From Octopus vulgaris (taxonomy: Eukaryota), in NCBI GenBank assembly GCA_951406725.2, contig OX597823.1, forward strand, positions 26,908,001 to 26,972,000: DNA of 64,000 nucleotides. Direction: 5' to 3'. Made by a program: the position numbers and the translations under genes. The notes under the pieces were generated by a model. It was not told where the DNA came from and made no database searches. It was given only the letters and a program-made list of their open reading frames with translations. Every line of letters starts with the position of its first letter. Within the stretch, counting starts at the first letter, position 1. Positions 62,820 through 64,000 of the stretch are shown in pieces.

Positions 62820-64000
62820 CGTGGTCTGATTAATAAATATCCGGACTGTTGCTATAGTAAGGATGCAAAAGCACTGAAATTAAAGCTGCTTGGCACAGAT
62901 TGAGCTTGAATGTTGTTGTGCATGCGCACTAAGTTTTAATCTTCTAGCTTGCTTCTGCTGTTTAAAACAGTACTTGGAAGGATGGTGAGTAGCGTGTGAT
63001 CGTGTCATTTGAAAGAAGGCGTGTAGCGTGTGAATTGACAATGACAGAGAAAGTTGAGCAGAGAATCTGCATCAAATTTTGCCTAAAGCTTGGCGATACC
63101 TGCTCAGAGGCCTACGCAAAGTTTTCAAAGGGTTTTCATCGTTCTCGACACAATCAACGAGATCTTGTGCAATTGAAACCCGAGTATCTTTTTGGTCAGC
63201 TGAAAGCGGTTTTGGCACAAACTTGGCAGACACGCGTCTCATACCCAAATCTTCAGTGATAATGGACTGAACTGAATCGTAACTAATCTGCACATCCTCT
63301 GATAACTCACAGATGGTGATTCGACGATTTCCCCCTCAAAGCTGCACACACATCTGTGATGTTTTTCTCGGTTTTACTGACTGTGAGTCTCCTAGAAGGG
63401 TCATCAATATCGAGATTTTATCGGCCATCTTGGAAACATATCTAAACCATTCGTACTCTTGTATGCAGCTCATACACTCCTCTCCATACACTTTCTGCAA
63501 CTTTACAAAAAAAGTCCGGACACAGTGAGAAGAATAGCGGAAATGAAGGGACTGGTAAGTGCAAGGCTGTCGGGAGACACTTTTGACTCAAATGACGGCG
63601 GTATTTTGGGACCTGCGGAGAGTTACCGACAAATTCATGGAGGGCTTCGCAAAGAACATAAAACTGGTGAAATGGTGTCGACTACATGAAAGCCCACCTA
63701 CCATAATGAACTATGAGAGACTAAAAAGGAAAATTCAATTGTAATTTTTGTGAAATTCATTTATGAGAAAGGAAAAATTGTCGAAATGTAACCACTCGAC
63801 TTCGGAGGTCGAGTGGGCATTGCGCCTCATTTGTATCTTTTCATATTTTCATTCGTTTTCTTCAATTTTTTCGTCTTTATTCATTATCTTTTTGTATTTT
63901 AAGTTCCCCGAGTTTATGTTTGTCTTGTTTGTATTGTCCCATTGTGTGTATAGCCCCTTGTGGGTGAAAAAAAGTCAACTTTCTGCAACTTTAGGAAGGC
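62820..64000 (-). mobile_element. Second fold-back mariner derivative (opposite orientation, runs off the window), interrupted by a LINE 3' end
   Basis: TA-CGTGGTCTGATTAATAAATATCCGGACT terminus. + strand MTEKVEQRICIKFCLKLGDTCSEAYAK; - strand ISYDSVQSIITEDLGMRRVSAKFVPK.LS.DQK..R...ENDENPLKTL. Same junction as 13102-13995. Confidence 0.88.
63506..63977 (+). mobile_element. 5'-truncated non-LTR retrotransposon 3' end with perfect 16-bp TSD (clade unassigned)
   Basis: actttctgcaacttta at 63490-63505 and 63978-63993. The U-rich 3' UTR ends tagccccttgtgggtgaaaaaaag. Confidence 0.8.

Overview
This is an AT-rich, microsatellite-saturated eukaryotic window with no recognisable host protein-coding gene, so it is probably intergenic or deep intronic. 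The SINE repertoire and the extreme (TA)n/(CA)n/(TATC)n load strongly suggest an Octopus (cephalopod) genome; this is an inference from recall, not a database result. Almost all long ORF-track entries are either microsatellite translations or transposon relics. Transposons read from the sequence are: an internally deleted Helitron with both termini, two Tx1/L1-type LINEs, six R4/Dong-type (RLE) LINE pieces including one young near-complete copy, a CR1-type LINE, Penelope-like element (PLE) RT and GIY-YIG fragments, two Tc1 relics, two copies of a fold-back mariner derivative, hAT and Chapaev3 relics, a pogo/Tigger-like MITE, and at least five tRNA-derived SINE families. The most notable non-coding signal is a set of minimal hammerhead-ribozyme (HHR) motifs. 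They occur in (TA)n-embedded fold-back PLE modules, including a 332-bp-arm palindrome with no mismatch seen. One also sits inside a discrete 238-bp TSD-flanked tRNA-headed SINE, a candidate Pol III / hammerhead / Penelope-dependent retroposon. Two SINE families can be paired with LINE 3' ends present in the same window. All coordinates and alignments were read by eye.
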